From NCBI RefSeq assembly GCF_030684315.1, contig NC_081361.1:67563553-67627552 (forward strand): a DNA stretch of 64,000 bases. The letters run 5' to 3'. Below, piece by piece: positions 23,036 through 34,374 of this stretch. The notes beneath the pieces were generated by a model that was given only the letters and a program-made list of their open reading frames with translations, did no database searches and had not been told where the DNA came from. How positions within the stretch are numbered: the stretch's first letter is position 1; every line of letters starts with the position of its first letter. The position numbers and the translations under genes are program-made. The stretch is from Stegostoma tigrinum. Taxonomy: Eukaryota.

Positions 23036-24365
23036 AGACAATAAGGACTGCAGATGCTGGAAGCCAGGGTCAAGAGGTGTGAGGCTGGAAAAACACGGCA
23101 GGTCAGATGCTTTGGCAGTGCTTTGGGCCGAAACCCTTTGTCAGGACTGGGGAAGGGCGAGGAGTCCAGAAATAGAGGGAGGGGGTTGGGGCTGGGGGAA
23201 GGGGAGGAGAGATGGTGATGGGTGAATGCAGGTAGGACATATTGTGATTTGTCCATGGGAAGGATGGAATGGATAGGTGAGGAGGAAGATGGGCAAGTTA
23301 GGTCAGGTGACGGGGAGGGTTGGACATGGGATAAGGCTGGGAGTGGAGGTATTTTGAAGCTGATGAAGTCAAAGTTGAGGCCTTTGGGCTGTAAGCTCCC
23401 AAGGCAAAATATCAGGTGGTGTTCCTCCAGTTTATGTTTGGCCTCACTCTGACAGTGGATGGGGCCAAGGATGGACATGTTGTTAGGGGAATTAGGGGCG
23501 TAAAAATGGAAGATTGGGTTGGTTGATGTGTGCAGAGCGCAGCTGCTCTGCAAACCGATCCCCGAGTATGTGCTTGGTCTCTCCCCCCCCCCCCCCCCCC
23601 CCCCCCCCCCCATATAAAGTAGACCACATCAGGAGCCACAAGTGCAGTAGATCAGATTGGATGAAGTGCAGGTGAATCCCTGCCAGATCTGGAAGGATTG
23701 TTTGGGGCCTTGAACAGAGGTAAGAGAGGATGTGTAGGAGCTGGTGTTGTACCTCTTGCATTTGCAGGGAAAGGTACCGCGTGTGGTGGAGAAATTGGTG
23801 GGGAGCATAGAGCTGACGAAGGAGTCGCGGAATGAGCAGTCCTTGCGGAAAGCGGACAGGAGCGGGGAGGGAAATATCTTTTTGGTGACGGGGTCTGATC
23901 GTAGGTGGCATAAATGTTGGACGATGATGCGTTGGATTCGGAGGTTGGGGGGGTGGTACATGAGGACGAAGGGGATTCTCTTTTGGTTATTATTGCAGGG
24001 AGAAGGTGTGAGGGATGAGTTGCGGGAGACACGTTGAGGGTGTACTCAACCACTGAGGAGGGGAAGTTGCGGTTCTTGAAAAATTAGGACAGCTGAGATG
24101 TATGGGAGTGGAATGCCTTATCCTGGGAGCAGATGCCGCGGAGGCGAAGAAATTGGGATTAGGGGATGGCGTTTTTGTAGGAAGGTGGGTGGGAGTAGGT
24201 GTATTCTAGGTAGCTATGGGAGTCGGTGGGCTTGAAATGGATATCAGTTTGCAGGTAGTTGCCAGAGATGGAAATCGAGAGGTCCAGGAAGGAGAGGGAG
24301 GTATCAGAGATGGTCCAGGTGAACTTAAGGTTGGGGTGGAAGGTGTTGGTGAAGTGGATGAAATG
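23036..24365 (-). mobile_element. Older Penelope-like element (RT C-terminus and GIY-YIG, frameshifted)
   Basis: Minus-strand ORFs YHPPNLRIQRII...FRKDCSFRDSFV...FTCTSSNLIYC and ..EEHHLIFCLGSLQPKGLN; the 3' end resembles the main PLE tail. Confidence 0.85.
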
Positions 24366-24724
24366 TTGGAGTGGTCTTTGGCTGTAAAGGGTTGCTGTAG
24401 GATTAAAAAGATTGTATTTTACTGTCAGTATTGAAATCTTTATATTTGTGTTAAGTGTAAATAGTTTTGTTTATTCTTCATTTTTTATTGCATAATAAAT
24501 TTCACTTTTTATTGAAGACAAATCTGCAACGTTCCATGCCTGTGTTTAAGTGAAAGTCTGTCTGATGTGATAGAAAAAAATCTATTGAGCCAGATTTCAA
24601 CGTGACCAGTCAGATCTGATTTGTCCAGTAATAACATCAGCTGGGATAGCAAGACCTACAACAGTGCTGCATATTTGTTAATTTTTTGGGAGTAAATGCA
24701 ATAGAATCTTATTCCTCTCTCCAG

Positions 24725-24880
24725 GTATTCCTGACTTTAGTCTGCGTGTGGCCCTGCAGAAGTTGCTGGAGGAATATAGGGAGGTCAGTAAACCTCAGAA
24801 AGAGAGCAAGTTCTACAAAATGTCACCTGCATCAAAGATTCGTCCCCGAAGGAAGGCCAGGAAGTACCTCTATGCTATAG
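24725..24880 (+). CDS. IPP: IPP coding exon 3
   Basis: ctccag|GT ATT CCT GAC; encodes DFSLRVALQKLLEEY...KIRPRRKARKYLYAI; 156 bp; GT donor at 24881. Confidence 0.95.
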   Translation, partial: VFLTLVCVWPCRSCWRNIGRSVNLRKRASSTKCHLHQRFVPEGRPGSTSML

Positions 24881-26677
24881 GTTTTTTTAATTGTTCTTTC
24901 TGTAATTAGATCTGATCACATTTAAAACGATCAACAGTATCTGGTGCATCGTCAAGTTACAATACAGTTGCTATGTTGTACACATTTACAAGTTAGAGTA
25001 ACATTAGTAAACCTCTTGCTCAGTATATGCGATATATCATGTAAAATTGTCATTTGACTGGAAAGTAAGACAGGTAAGAATGATAATACTCTTGACCATA
25101 AACACAGCAGCTGAAAATTAATAGTACAAAGAATTATATTGGACCCAGTAATTTAAAGTGTTTTCACGTTGTTATTTTTGCAGGCTATGTAAAGGGTTGC
25201 TGACTATATTATTATTTTCTTCTTTTCTTGATCTCTTTAGGCTGGTTGTGATACAGGTCTGCTGTAATGTTGATTTCTAATGTTTGGAGATTGTATTTTC
25301 AACTGTTATTACTTTCTTTAACTTCCCTTTCATATAGTTGCAATGTTTTCTTCAGCCACCTCCTGCAGTCACTAGTTTTTTGGATAACTTTTTTTTGCTG
25401 AATTCGGTGTTGCATTCTTGCTGACTATCTTATTATTGATTTCTAGTTGGGTTATTCCCAAGAAAGAATGTTCTTTGTCAATCATTTGATCAAAACCTTT
25501 CATAATGTTTAAGACCTTTGTGAGGTCACCCTTCAGCTTTTCTTCTCAAGAGAAAAGAGACCAAAATGTTGATCTTTCCTGATATGTTTGTTGAATCTAC
25601 TTGTGGGTATTGATTCTTGAATTCCAAAATCCTTCTGAAGTTTGATATGCAGCAACTTTAATTTGAGGGTAAATGCCTTTGCTGTTACATCATTACCTTC
25701 CACGATAATAACATTATGTCTCCTCTGTCTCTGTTTAATTTGGATTCTGTTCATTACTTTGTGTACAAGAGGTCCTAAACTGTGTCAGAAACAAAACACT
25801 ATTTTCAAAGCTTTCTTTCAGCAAATTTTTGTGTAGATATTTAAAAGAAAGCCCTTATTTTTCCCACCACAGTGAAAGAATAGCAGTGAAAGCTATGGTC
25901 AATGAAAGCTGTTCTGAAAGAGCTAGTGAACTGTGTGTTGAGAAATTTACCTGTCTCTGTGTAAGTGATGGTTATCCTCCCTACTGAGGCTTCGAGCTTT
26001 GAGGAAGTAAATCATCACACTGCCTGAACAGCCAATCATTTTAAGCAATTATTATAAATACTAAATCAGAGAAGAAGAGCATTTGACTTGATAGTTGACC
26101 TTTTAAAAATGTAATAGAACATATAATAAAGTTCAAGATGTATATCAGAGGTGAATGTCGAAGCTGGAATATCATGAACTTTAAAGTACTAATTATTCTA
26201 AAAGCCTGTTTTTAAAAGAATTAGAGTAATTTAGCACAGTGGAGACATTTAACAACATCCCACAATATTTTTAGGTTCAGACTAGTTGTTCACAGAAGTT
26301 ATTACTCACTTTAAAAACCTCATCTAAAAAGGTGCTGTTTTCTTTTGTGCAACATATGGAAGAACACTGAATAATGGGCCACACTTGTAGAAATTTTGGT
26401 TTAATTTGTGTTGCATGAAATCCCAGGGTTGAAGTCATATTCTGTGAAGTAATTGCAGTGAATACTTACTGTTCATTATCGAACACTGCAAATTCAAAGC
26501 CAAACTTTGATTTTTTTTTTCTTGTGTCCTTAACACAAACCCAAAGTCAGCTTATATTTCTTAAATTTAATTCAGTAAAACTGAAGTTTAGATGTATATT
26601 GTATACTTACATCATAGTATGGGATTTGACTGGATGCTGTTGAAGGCATGATTTTTTAAATCATTTCTTTTAACAAG

Positions 26678-26845
26678 GTGGGTACACTCGGCTTCAGGGA
26701 GGACGCTGGAGTGACAGCAGAACTCTCAGCTGTGTGGAGCGGTTTGATTCATTCAGTCAGTACTGGACTACAGTGTCGTCCCTCCACCAGGCCCGAAGTG
26801 GGTTAGGTGTTGCAGTACTCGAAGGGATGATCTACGTAATAGGTG
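26678..26845 (+). CDS. IPP: IPP coding exon 4 (Kelch)
   Basis: Encodes GGYTRLQGGRWSDSRTLSCVERFDSFSQYWTTVSSLHQARSGLGVAVLEGMIYVIG; donor gtaagt; 168 bp. Confidence 0.96.
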
Positions 26846-28227
26846 GTAAGTTATGTCAGCGGGATGTCAAGAATTAGTTCTTCAATTAACTGCTCATAAA
26901 ATATAAAATTTGGTTTGAGAGTTGTTTCATTTCTGTAGGGAAGGCCCTCATCACTAATGCATGTGGATGAGTGTTTTGTCTTTTTTTTATCCACTTGTCG
27001 ATAATTTTTGAGATGTGCATGGGGATGAGGGATGAATGATGTTTGATATTTTTTAATTTTTTAAAGTTAATAGTGTTTTTCACAAAACTTCAAAGTAAGC
27101 ACTTTTATAAGAGCAACATGAGAAATAAGCAGTCTGCTTAGGCTTTCATTCTGTGTCCCATACTCCCCTCTAAAGTCAACAATAGTTCTAATTCCAAGCA
27201 ATTAGACTTAAAAATTGATGTATTGGATAACTTTTCAGACTAGGAGGCAAATTTCTAAGACTTCAAATAGTGACTCCTGATAATTATTTTTTAATTCTAA
27301 TCTGTTTCTGCTGCTGACTTCCTTTAATGTGTCTCGCCTTTATTATAAATGATATCAACCATGTCTTCAATCCCCAAAGCAAACTGTTTTCCACCTCAGA
27401 GCCTTCCTCTAATATGTTCACTGTGATTCATGTTTGCTTATTGTTGGTGGACATGTGACACAAGCCTAATTCCACGTCCTCACGATTATGCTCTGATTCC
27501 ACTGCTATATCCCTTTATTTGACATTGATTATTTCTTCATTCTCAGACTTTTAAGTTTCCTACGTACGTATAGTGAGCTGCTTTGCTTGGATTGTTTAAT
27601 TGTGTTCGAGATCTTTTCCTTCTGCATACCTGGATTTTCAAGGAGATTGAGCACATGGTGCCTCAGTGTTTCCCGCAATATTCTGGATACTGTCTTCAAT
27701 CTAGGACATTTCTTCTTAATTGATAAGAACAACATTTTACTTTGCTAAAGTCAGTTTTTGTTTCGGATCAACAATAAGTGTATTCTTTTGGATGGCAACT
27801 TGGAAAGGAAATTGGATAAGTTTCATAAATTTTCTAATAAGTTGATAAATTCACAGTTCGTGATTTAAGACATTTTGGTACTTGGGGAATTTAAGATAAT
27901 TCAGGAAATTTTAAGTACTTGGGCAAAAAATAATTTTGCTTCTTTTATAGACACTTGATGGTGTTACTTGCAGCGTAGTTTAATAGTAACGTACAAAAGA
28001 TATTCCTCTTAGCAATTACAGACTTGTAGGACAGATGCAATCTAAAATATTGTTCAATTTAACCAAGAACCTAATGGAATGAATTCAGCTAAAGGCCAAA
28101 TTACATTTTTAATTTTACTAACTAGAATAGGTTCAGAAAGAATTTTAAATTTTCATTAAGGGACAGTAGTTATGCTTGTGATGCCTTGACAGGATTGAAA
28201 ATGATTGTGATCTGTTACATATTTAAG

Positions 28228-28365
28228 GTGAAAGTGATTCCATGATTTTTGACTGTGCTGAACGATATGATCCAGTAACTAAACAATGGGCGGCGGTGGC
28301 TTCTATGAATTACCCGCGATGTGGACTTGCTGTGTGCGCTTGTCATGCTGCTATTTATGCTCTCG
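28228..28365 (+). CDS. IPP: IPP coding exon 5 (Kelch)
   Basis: Encodes GESDSMIFDCAERYDPVTKQWAAVASMNYPRCGLAVCACHAAIYAL; 138 bp; donor gtagga. Confidence 0.95.
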
Positions 28366-28599
28366 GTAGGAAAATTTGTAAATAAATTTTATACATCAAG
28401 TACTTATGTTTTATAAGACACATCTGGCCATATACGACCGATAGGTAAAAGGTAGTTTCAGTGATGTCATAGCCTTACTGTCATAGCAGAGGTTTCTTCA
28501 TAACTTTTGGAACTGACAGAGGTACCTGTTTTACAGTCACCTGACAGTTCGTTGAATCAACTATGCAAACAAAGCACATGGCTGAAGGAGGTACTTCGC

Positions 28600-29460
28600 T
28601 TACCTGATATTAGACCACAAATACTGAATGCTATACATCTAGTGCAGAACCAGCCATGCCAGTCGGCCAGCTGTTGCAGTACAACTTGAACATTGACATC
28701 TACACAGCAATAAGGAAAATTGCCCAAGTCTGTCCTTTTCCCAAAAAAGCAGGATAGGTCCAACCTTGCCAACTGCCTCCCTCTAAGTCTACCCTCAGTC
28801 ATTAGCTGTGATGGAAGTGATTGCCACCAATATTGCCAAAAGGCACGTGCTCAGCAATAACCTGCTCACTAACACTCAGTTTGGATTATGCCAGGGCCAG
28901 ACGCCTCCTGGCTTGTTACAGTCTTGGTACAAACATTGGACAGTAGCTGAATTCCAGAGGTGACGCAAGAGTGACTGTCCTGATTATCAAGGCAGCACTT
29001 GATCCATGTATGGTATCAAGGAGCCCTTGCAGAACTAGAGTTAGTGGAAATTGAAGAAGACTCTCCATTGATGAGAGTCTCATCTTCCACAATGGAAGAT
29101 AGTCGTAGTTGTTGGGAGTTGAATCATCTCAGTATGTATCATGCTTGAGATTTACAGCAGCAACTCAACAAATGTCCTTTGGCAACACCTTCTGAACCAC
29201 AAACTCTACCACCTACAAATACAAGGGTACTCCTTCACCCTCAAGTTTTCCTGAAGCCACACTCTTAGAAATATATTGCTTGTTCCTTCATTGTTGCTGG
29301 ATCAGTATGGAATTCTCTTCCTGCCAGCTGTGGGTCAAACCTCACTCCAGGGACTGTTGTGGTTCAGGAAGGCAGCGCAACACCATCACCTGAAAAGCAA
29401 TTAGAAATGGGTTATAAATGCTGACCTAGCCAGTGATATCCACATCTCATAAACAAATGA
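28600..29460 (+). mobile_element. Ancient, highly decayed LINE (CR1/L2-type) remnant
   Basis: Degenerate RT-like stretches (N..PxSL, QFG, LDIKAA). Its tail resembles segments at about 35260-35740, 41870-42320 and 46390-46600. Confidence 0.5.
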
Positions 29461-29906
29461 AAAACGTATATAATTACCAACTTTTAAATGACAAAAAGAC
29501 AACATTATACTGTTCATTCGCAAATTGTCATATTTTTGTCTTATGGCAAGTTATATGACCTGATGATTATGTATTTTATGTTCTTCTTTACAAGTTAAAC
29601 ACGAAGCCCTTTTTTTAAGTGTAACTCAAACAAAACCATTCAAACAATGGAGACATTGCAGCTTCTATCAGTTTTGAATACAGATGATCAGTAATATGAA
29701 TGCAGTCTCTTCAAATTGCATGATCTGGAAGGAGGAATATGCTGTAATGAATATACAAATTTAGCAATTAAACAGAAGTGTAATAATTTTTAAAATGTTT
29801 TGAATTGTGAAGTTTTTTTTGGATTTAAGGGTGGTTTTGTCAGTTTACAAACAAATTTAGAGTATTTATTATTAATAATCAGTGCATATGTTTTGATTAT
29901 TTCCAG

Positions 29907-30029
29907 GAGGATGGGTAGGAGCAGACATTGGAAAGACGATAGAAAGATTCGACCCCTCTGACAATAAATGGGAGATTATTGGTAACATGGTTGTCCCTCG
30001 GTACTTCTTTGGGTGTTGTGAAATGCAAG
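29907..30029 (+). CDS. IPP: IPP coding exon 6 (Kelch)
   Basis: Encodes GGWVGADIGKTIERFDPSDNKWEIIGNMVVPRYFFGCCEMQ; 123 bp; donor gtaggc. Confidence 0.95.
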
Positions 30030-30728
30030 GTAGGCACTATTTGCACAAATGTGACTTTTAATTTCTTTTTACACATGCCCTTACCAATAGGTTATTTAGA
30101 TTGCTTGCGGTAGGTGTCACCATTGTTACCTGGCGGTATGATTTTTATAAATTTAATCAATATGGCAAGCACCTCTGCCACACTTGTGAAATATCTTGAT
30201 CGAAGTCACAAACGACATCCTATGTAACTGGAAAAAGTAAACAATTCCTCTTTATTATTCTTAAACTTAGTGCAACTTTTGACATGGATGACCAAATCAT
30301 TTTGGTCCAATTCCTCTCCCCTGTCGTCCAGTCTTTGTTGCGTTGATTTTTCTGTATTTTCTTCTTGCACCTTGGTCTGAGGATTGAGTAAACTATAATG
30401 ACTTTTATTCTCACTTGTTTTCCCATGTTTTCGCCTTCCTTTTCTGAATCCCAATGGGTTCCTGCAGCAGCCCTCCCTTTTCTAATTTTTTGTGTGTACA
30501 TCTGCACAATGTTTATTAGTAAGCTATTTAAACATGAAGGTAATTACCGCAAATCTATACCAATCCACACACGATTGCTTTCAAATCACAATCACTTGTA
30601 TTAGTGGGGAAGCTCACATTTCCTGATTCAAAAGCTTATGCTATATACATTTCCATTGTTTTGACAGACTTTAGAAAGGGATAAATTAACTATCATACAA
30701 ATCAGAAATATTTGTAATTGTTTCGTAG

Positions 30729-30949
30729 GTGTAATTTATGTTGTTGGAGGCTTGAGTGATTCAGGGTCAGAACTCTGTTCAGCTGAAATGTTCAATCCTC
30801 TCACAAAGCGTTGGACACCACTAGATGATATGAAGACAAAAAGAGCCTATGTTGGAGTAGCTGTCCTGAATGACTGTGTTTATGCTGTTGGAGGGTGGAA
30901 TGAGACTCAGAATGCTCTGCAGACAGTCGAGAAGTATTCACTTCAGGAG
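30729..30949 (+). CDS. IPP: IPP coding exon 7 (Kelch)
   Basis: Encodes GVIYVVGGLSDSGSELCSAEMFNPLTKRW...VGGWNETQNALQTVEKYSLQE; 221 bp, phase 1 to 0. Confidence 0.95.
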
Positions 30950-31896
30950 GTAGGTGTAGTTTATTAATAGTTATTTATTTAAAATAAATTTGTTTGAATG
31001 TTTTCATGATGGGAGCAGTAACATCAAGGAAGACAATTTCACAATTATCTTGAAACTGTGAAATGAGCATCTATTATGATTTTAGAGTTCCTTAGAAGAA
31101 CAGAAACTGTTTGCTATTCAGGTAGCGTACTCCGCTCATTGTCTGAGCAAATGATTAGAACAGGTGAAAAGAGTAGTTTGTTACATGATTGGGTGTGGGT
31201 GTACAGCTGAGATCTTACCCATCAGCTTATTGTGTTTACTGATTCAAAAAACATTAACATTCTCAATGCTGATTGGTTGACTGTGCAGAACGGATGGTAA
31301 TGTGCTTCTTGAATGAGGGCAGTAAGATGTCACTGATGAGGAGGCTGCTATCTTGGATGAATGCAGAGTTCAAAGATCTTTCTGGTATTTTATATGTAGT
31401 GTGTAATAGATGAGTCCAGATGTGGTAGTTGTGAAATTAATCGTGTTTGACAGCAGCTAATTTGTCTCAGTAACTCTTTTTAAAGCAGGTTCAACGTTCT
31501 TTGAGCCTAATGTGTGGGTTCTGAGCCTACAACCCAGCAATTTAATGAATACCATATGATTGTAGACTTATCCACATTAGAGAAACAAGTCTCAGCTTGA
31601 CCAATGAACAATGTGATCCTTCCTATTTTCCCAGTCTTCACTAAACATAACTGTTTTTCAACTACACCAGTTATTTCTCTAGATGACGGGCAAAGTACGC
31701 TACCAAAATATAAAGGCTATAACACTTTTTCTTTGGAACTCTTCTGAAGGAAACTACTGCTTTTAACTGCAAATTTTACATGCTATAACTACAAAATCAT
31801 CTTGCTCAGTGATTTACTTAGTTCTTGAAAAAAAGCCAAAATAAAACTGCAGCTGCTTTGGTAAGATTGCAGTGAGAAGACACTGACATTATCCAA

Positions 31897-32326
31897 GATA
31901 ACAATGTGTGGAGCTGGATGAACACAGCAGGCCAAACAGCATCTCAGGAGCACAAAAGCTGACGTTTTGGACCTAGACCCTTCATCAGAGAGGGAGATGG
32001 GGAGAGGGAACTGGAATAAATGGGGAGAGGGAACTGGAATAAATAGGGAGAGGGGGAGGCGGACCAAAGATGGAGAGAAAACAAGATAGGTAGAGAGGAG
32101 AGTATAGGTGGGGAGGTAGGGAGGGGATAGGTCAGTCCAGGGAAGATGTACAGGTCAAGGAGGTGGGATGAGGTGGTAGGAAGGGATGGGTGAGAGGAAG
32201 AACAGGTTAGGGAAGCAGAGACAGGCTGGGCTGGTTTTGGGATGCAGTGGGGGGAGGGGACTGCTGTGTTCATCCAGCTCCATACTTTGTTATCTTGGAT
32301 TCTCCAGCATCTGCAGTTCCCATTAT
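31897..32326. mobile_element. Inverted PLE-end dimer with 16-bp target-site duplication
   Basis: A long minus arm joined to a short plus arm; cactgacattatccaa at 31881-31896 and 32327-32342. Confidence 0.85.
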
Positions 32327-32979
32327 CACTGACATTATCCAATACTGTTGTAATTTTAAAAATCTTTTTGTCTATGGGATCCCCTGCTGAATGTGTTTCA
32401 GGTGATATTGGCATGGTCCTGACAAGGTTATGTGTTGGTTTCAGAGTGGAAAAGAAAAGTTGTAGATACAAGTTGGAAAAGCAGTGACTGAAAGACTGTT
32501 ATCCCAAAGACCTTTCAGGGTTGAGGTTGGGGTTTCTTCACAACTGAATTTTACCTATATCTGACTTCTGGTCTGCCCTCTCAGCCTCTCCAAATCAAAG
32601 ATGTTCCCAGCACAACTCTATCATCAGCTTTCTTCATGTGCTGATTTCAGGAAAGTGAGGCAAGAACACCAGAATCGTCTCTCCATTATCATTGGTATAA
32701 ATGGGATAGTCAATGATTGATTAAAATGTAAAGCCTCCCTCCATCCACTGAGGAACCTGCAGAAATTCCTTATTAACTGCGCACCTGCAGAGACCAAAGC
32801 ATGTTGCTGCTGGGAATTGAACATTTGACACATGACATTGTTCTGTCAGGGAACCAGAAACATTCTGTACTATAAGTTTTAGCTATCTTCTAAAGATATT
32901 TTGTGAATTAGTGAGCTGAAATTCTTTTTTTCTCCTTTTCTCTTTGCCACCCACCGGCACACATGCTGTAATTTTTCAG

Positions 32980-33204
32980 GAGAAATGGTTTGAGGTTTCA
33001 CCAATGAAAATGGCAAGAGCAGGTGTTTCAGTCATTGCTGTTAATGGCCTTCTTTACGCGGTAGGAGGCCGGACATCAGGTAGGGATTCCTCAGCTCCTG
33101 TTACTCTGGACTCTGTTGAAGTGTATGATCCTCACACTGACACATGGATAGAAATTGGGAACATGATAACTAGCAGATGTGACGGTGGAGTAGCTGTGCT
33201 TTAA
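32980..33204 (+). CDS. IPP: IPP last coding exon
   Basis: tttcag|GAG AAA TGG...DSVEVYDPHTDTWIEIGNMITSRCDGGVAVL-TAA. The spliced CDS is 1767 nt (588 aa) and all phases are compatible. AATAAA signals follow at about 33434, 33894, 33955 and 33974. Confidence 0.96.
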   Translation, partial: EKWFEVSPMKMARAGVSVIAVNGLLYAVGGRTSGRDSSAPVTLDSVEVYDPHTDTWIEIGNMITSRCDGGVAVL

Positions 33205-34156
33205 TAGTTGATGATTGCCTTCTGATATTTTAATCAAAAAGACTTTCAGATGAAGAAAATCTATATCTCGTTGAACTGTTATAAATCTCATTTGTGATAA
33301 ATATAAAGTTTGTAAGTTTGGACATCTACCATTGGGTTTAAAACCGATGACTCTGGCAGCGTTATGTCCAAACTACAAAAGATGTTTGTGTTACTTGTCT
33401 CAAATGTGTACATGTTTCTATAATTTCACTTGGAATAAACTTGATTTAACAAACTGTGAATTTCAACATGTCATTCAGTACTGTTGCTGTAACAGTTTTC
33501 CATTTGAAGTTGTGTGATTACCTAATTTCATGCAGGATTTTAAAATTCTCAGCAAATATAAAAAAAACCAAAAGGCCAAACACTTATTTGCGTAAAACCA
33601 GAGTTTTCCTTTCACTACAATGCAGTTTAGAAAACAAGAACTTGAAGCAACATACAGCATTTCGACAACGCACTTAAATTTATAACATTTTTGGGTTGTA
33701 TGTTCAGTGGAGTTTTTCTTGAAAGCAGCTGAGTGAATGTTTCTGAAGTATATGTGTAGTGACCCACGATGTTAGCCTTTTTAAGCGCTGTCCAGAGTTT
33801 ACACACTAACTGGATGGTTTTGCATAATGCTGATACTTCAGCATAAATGCCAGAAGTACAAAACATGTTGTCATCTGGAGGTTTTGAATTCCAAATAAAG
33901 CTGTATTTCGGTTTGTATGTATGAACTGAGATTCTTTTAGATACATATTTTCTTAATAAATATATTTCAGCACAATAAATTGCTTTGCTTGTTTGTACAG
34001 GTTCAGATATAAAATGACATTTCTGTTTCTCCATCATTCCACCATTGGCAACCAATACCGTATGGTTGGTTAAGGCTCAATCTCTGGAATTATCCCCTCA
34101 ACCTCCCTATTCTCTCCTTTTTAAAAGGCAATGCTTAAAGTGACACTTCTTGATCA

Positions 34157-34374
34157 TAAAGTGTGAAGCTGGATGAACACAGCAGGCCAAGCAGCATCTC
34201 AGGAGCACAAAGCTGACGTTTTGGGCCTAGACCCTTCATCAGAGACTCTGATGAAGGGTCTAGGCCCAAAACGTCAGCTTTTGTGCTCCTGAGATGCTGC
34301 TTGGCCTGCTGCGTTCATCCAGCTTCACTATTATCTTGGATTCTCCAGCATCTGCAGTTCCCATTAAGTCTGAT
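34157..34374. mobile_element. Near-perfect palindromic PLE-end dimer with 14-bp target-site duplication
   Basis: Centred on agagactct at 34245; hammerhead-like motifs at 34215-34242 (-) and 34248-34275 (+); acacttcttgatca at 34143-34156 and 34375-34388. Confidence 0.88.

Noticed and set aside
23584-23611. Poly-C run producing poly-Gly ORFs
   Set aside because: Homopolymer expansion or sequencing artefact inside a dead PLE.
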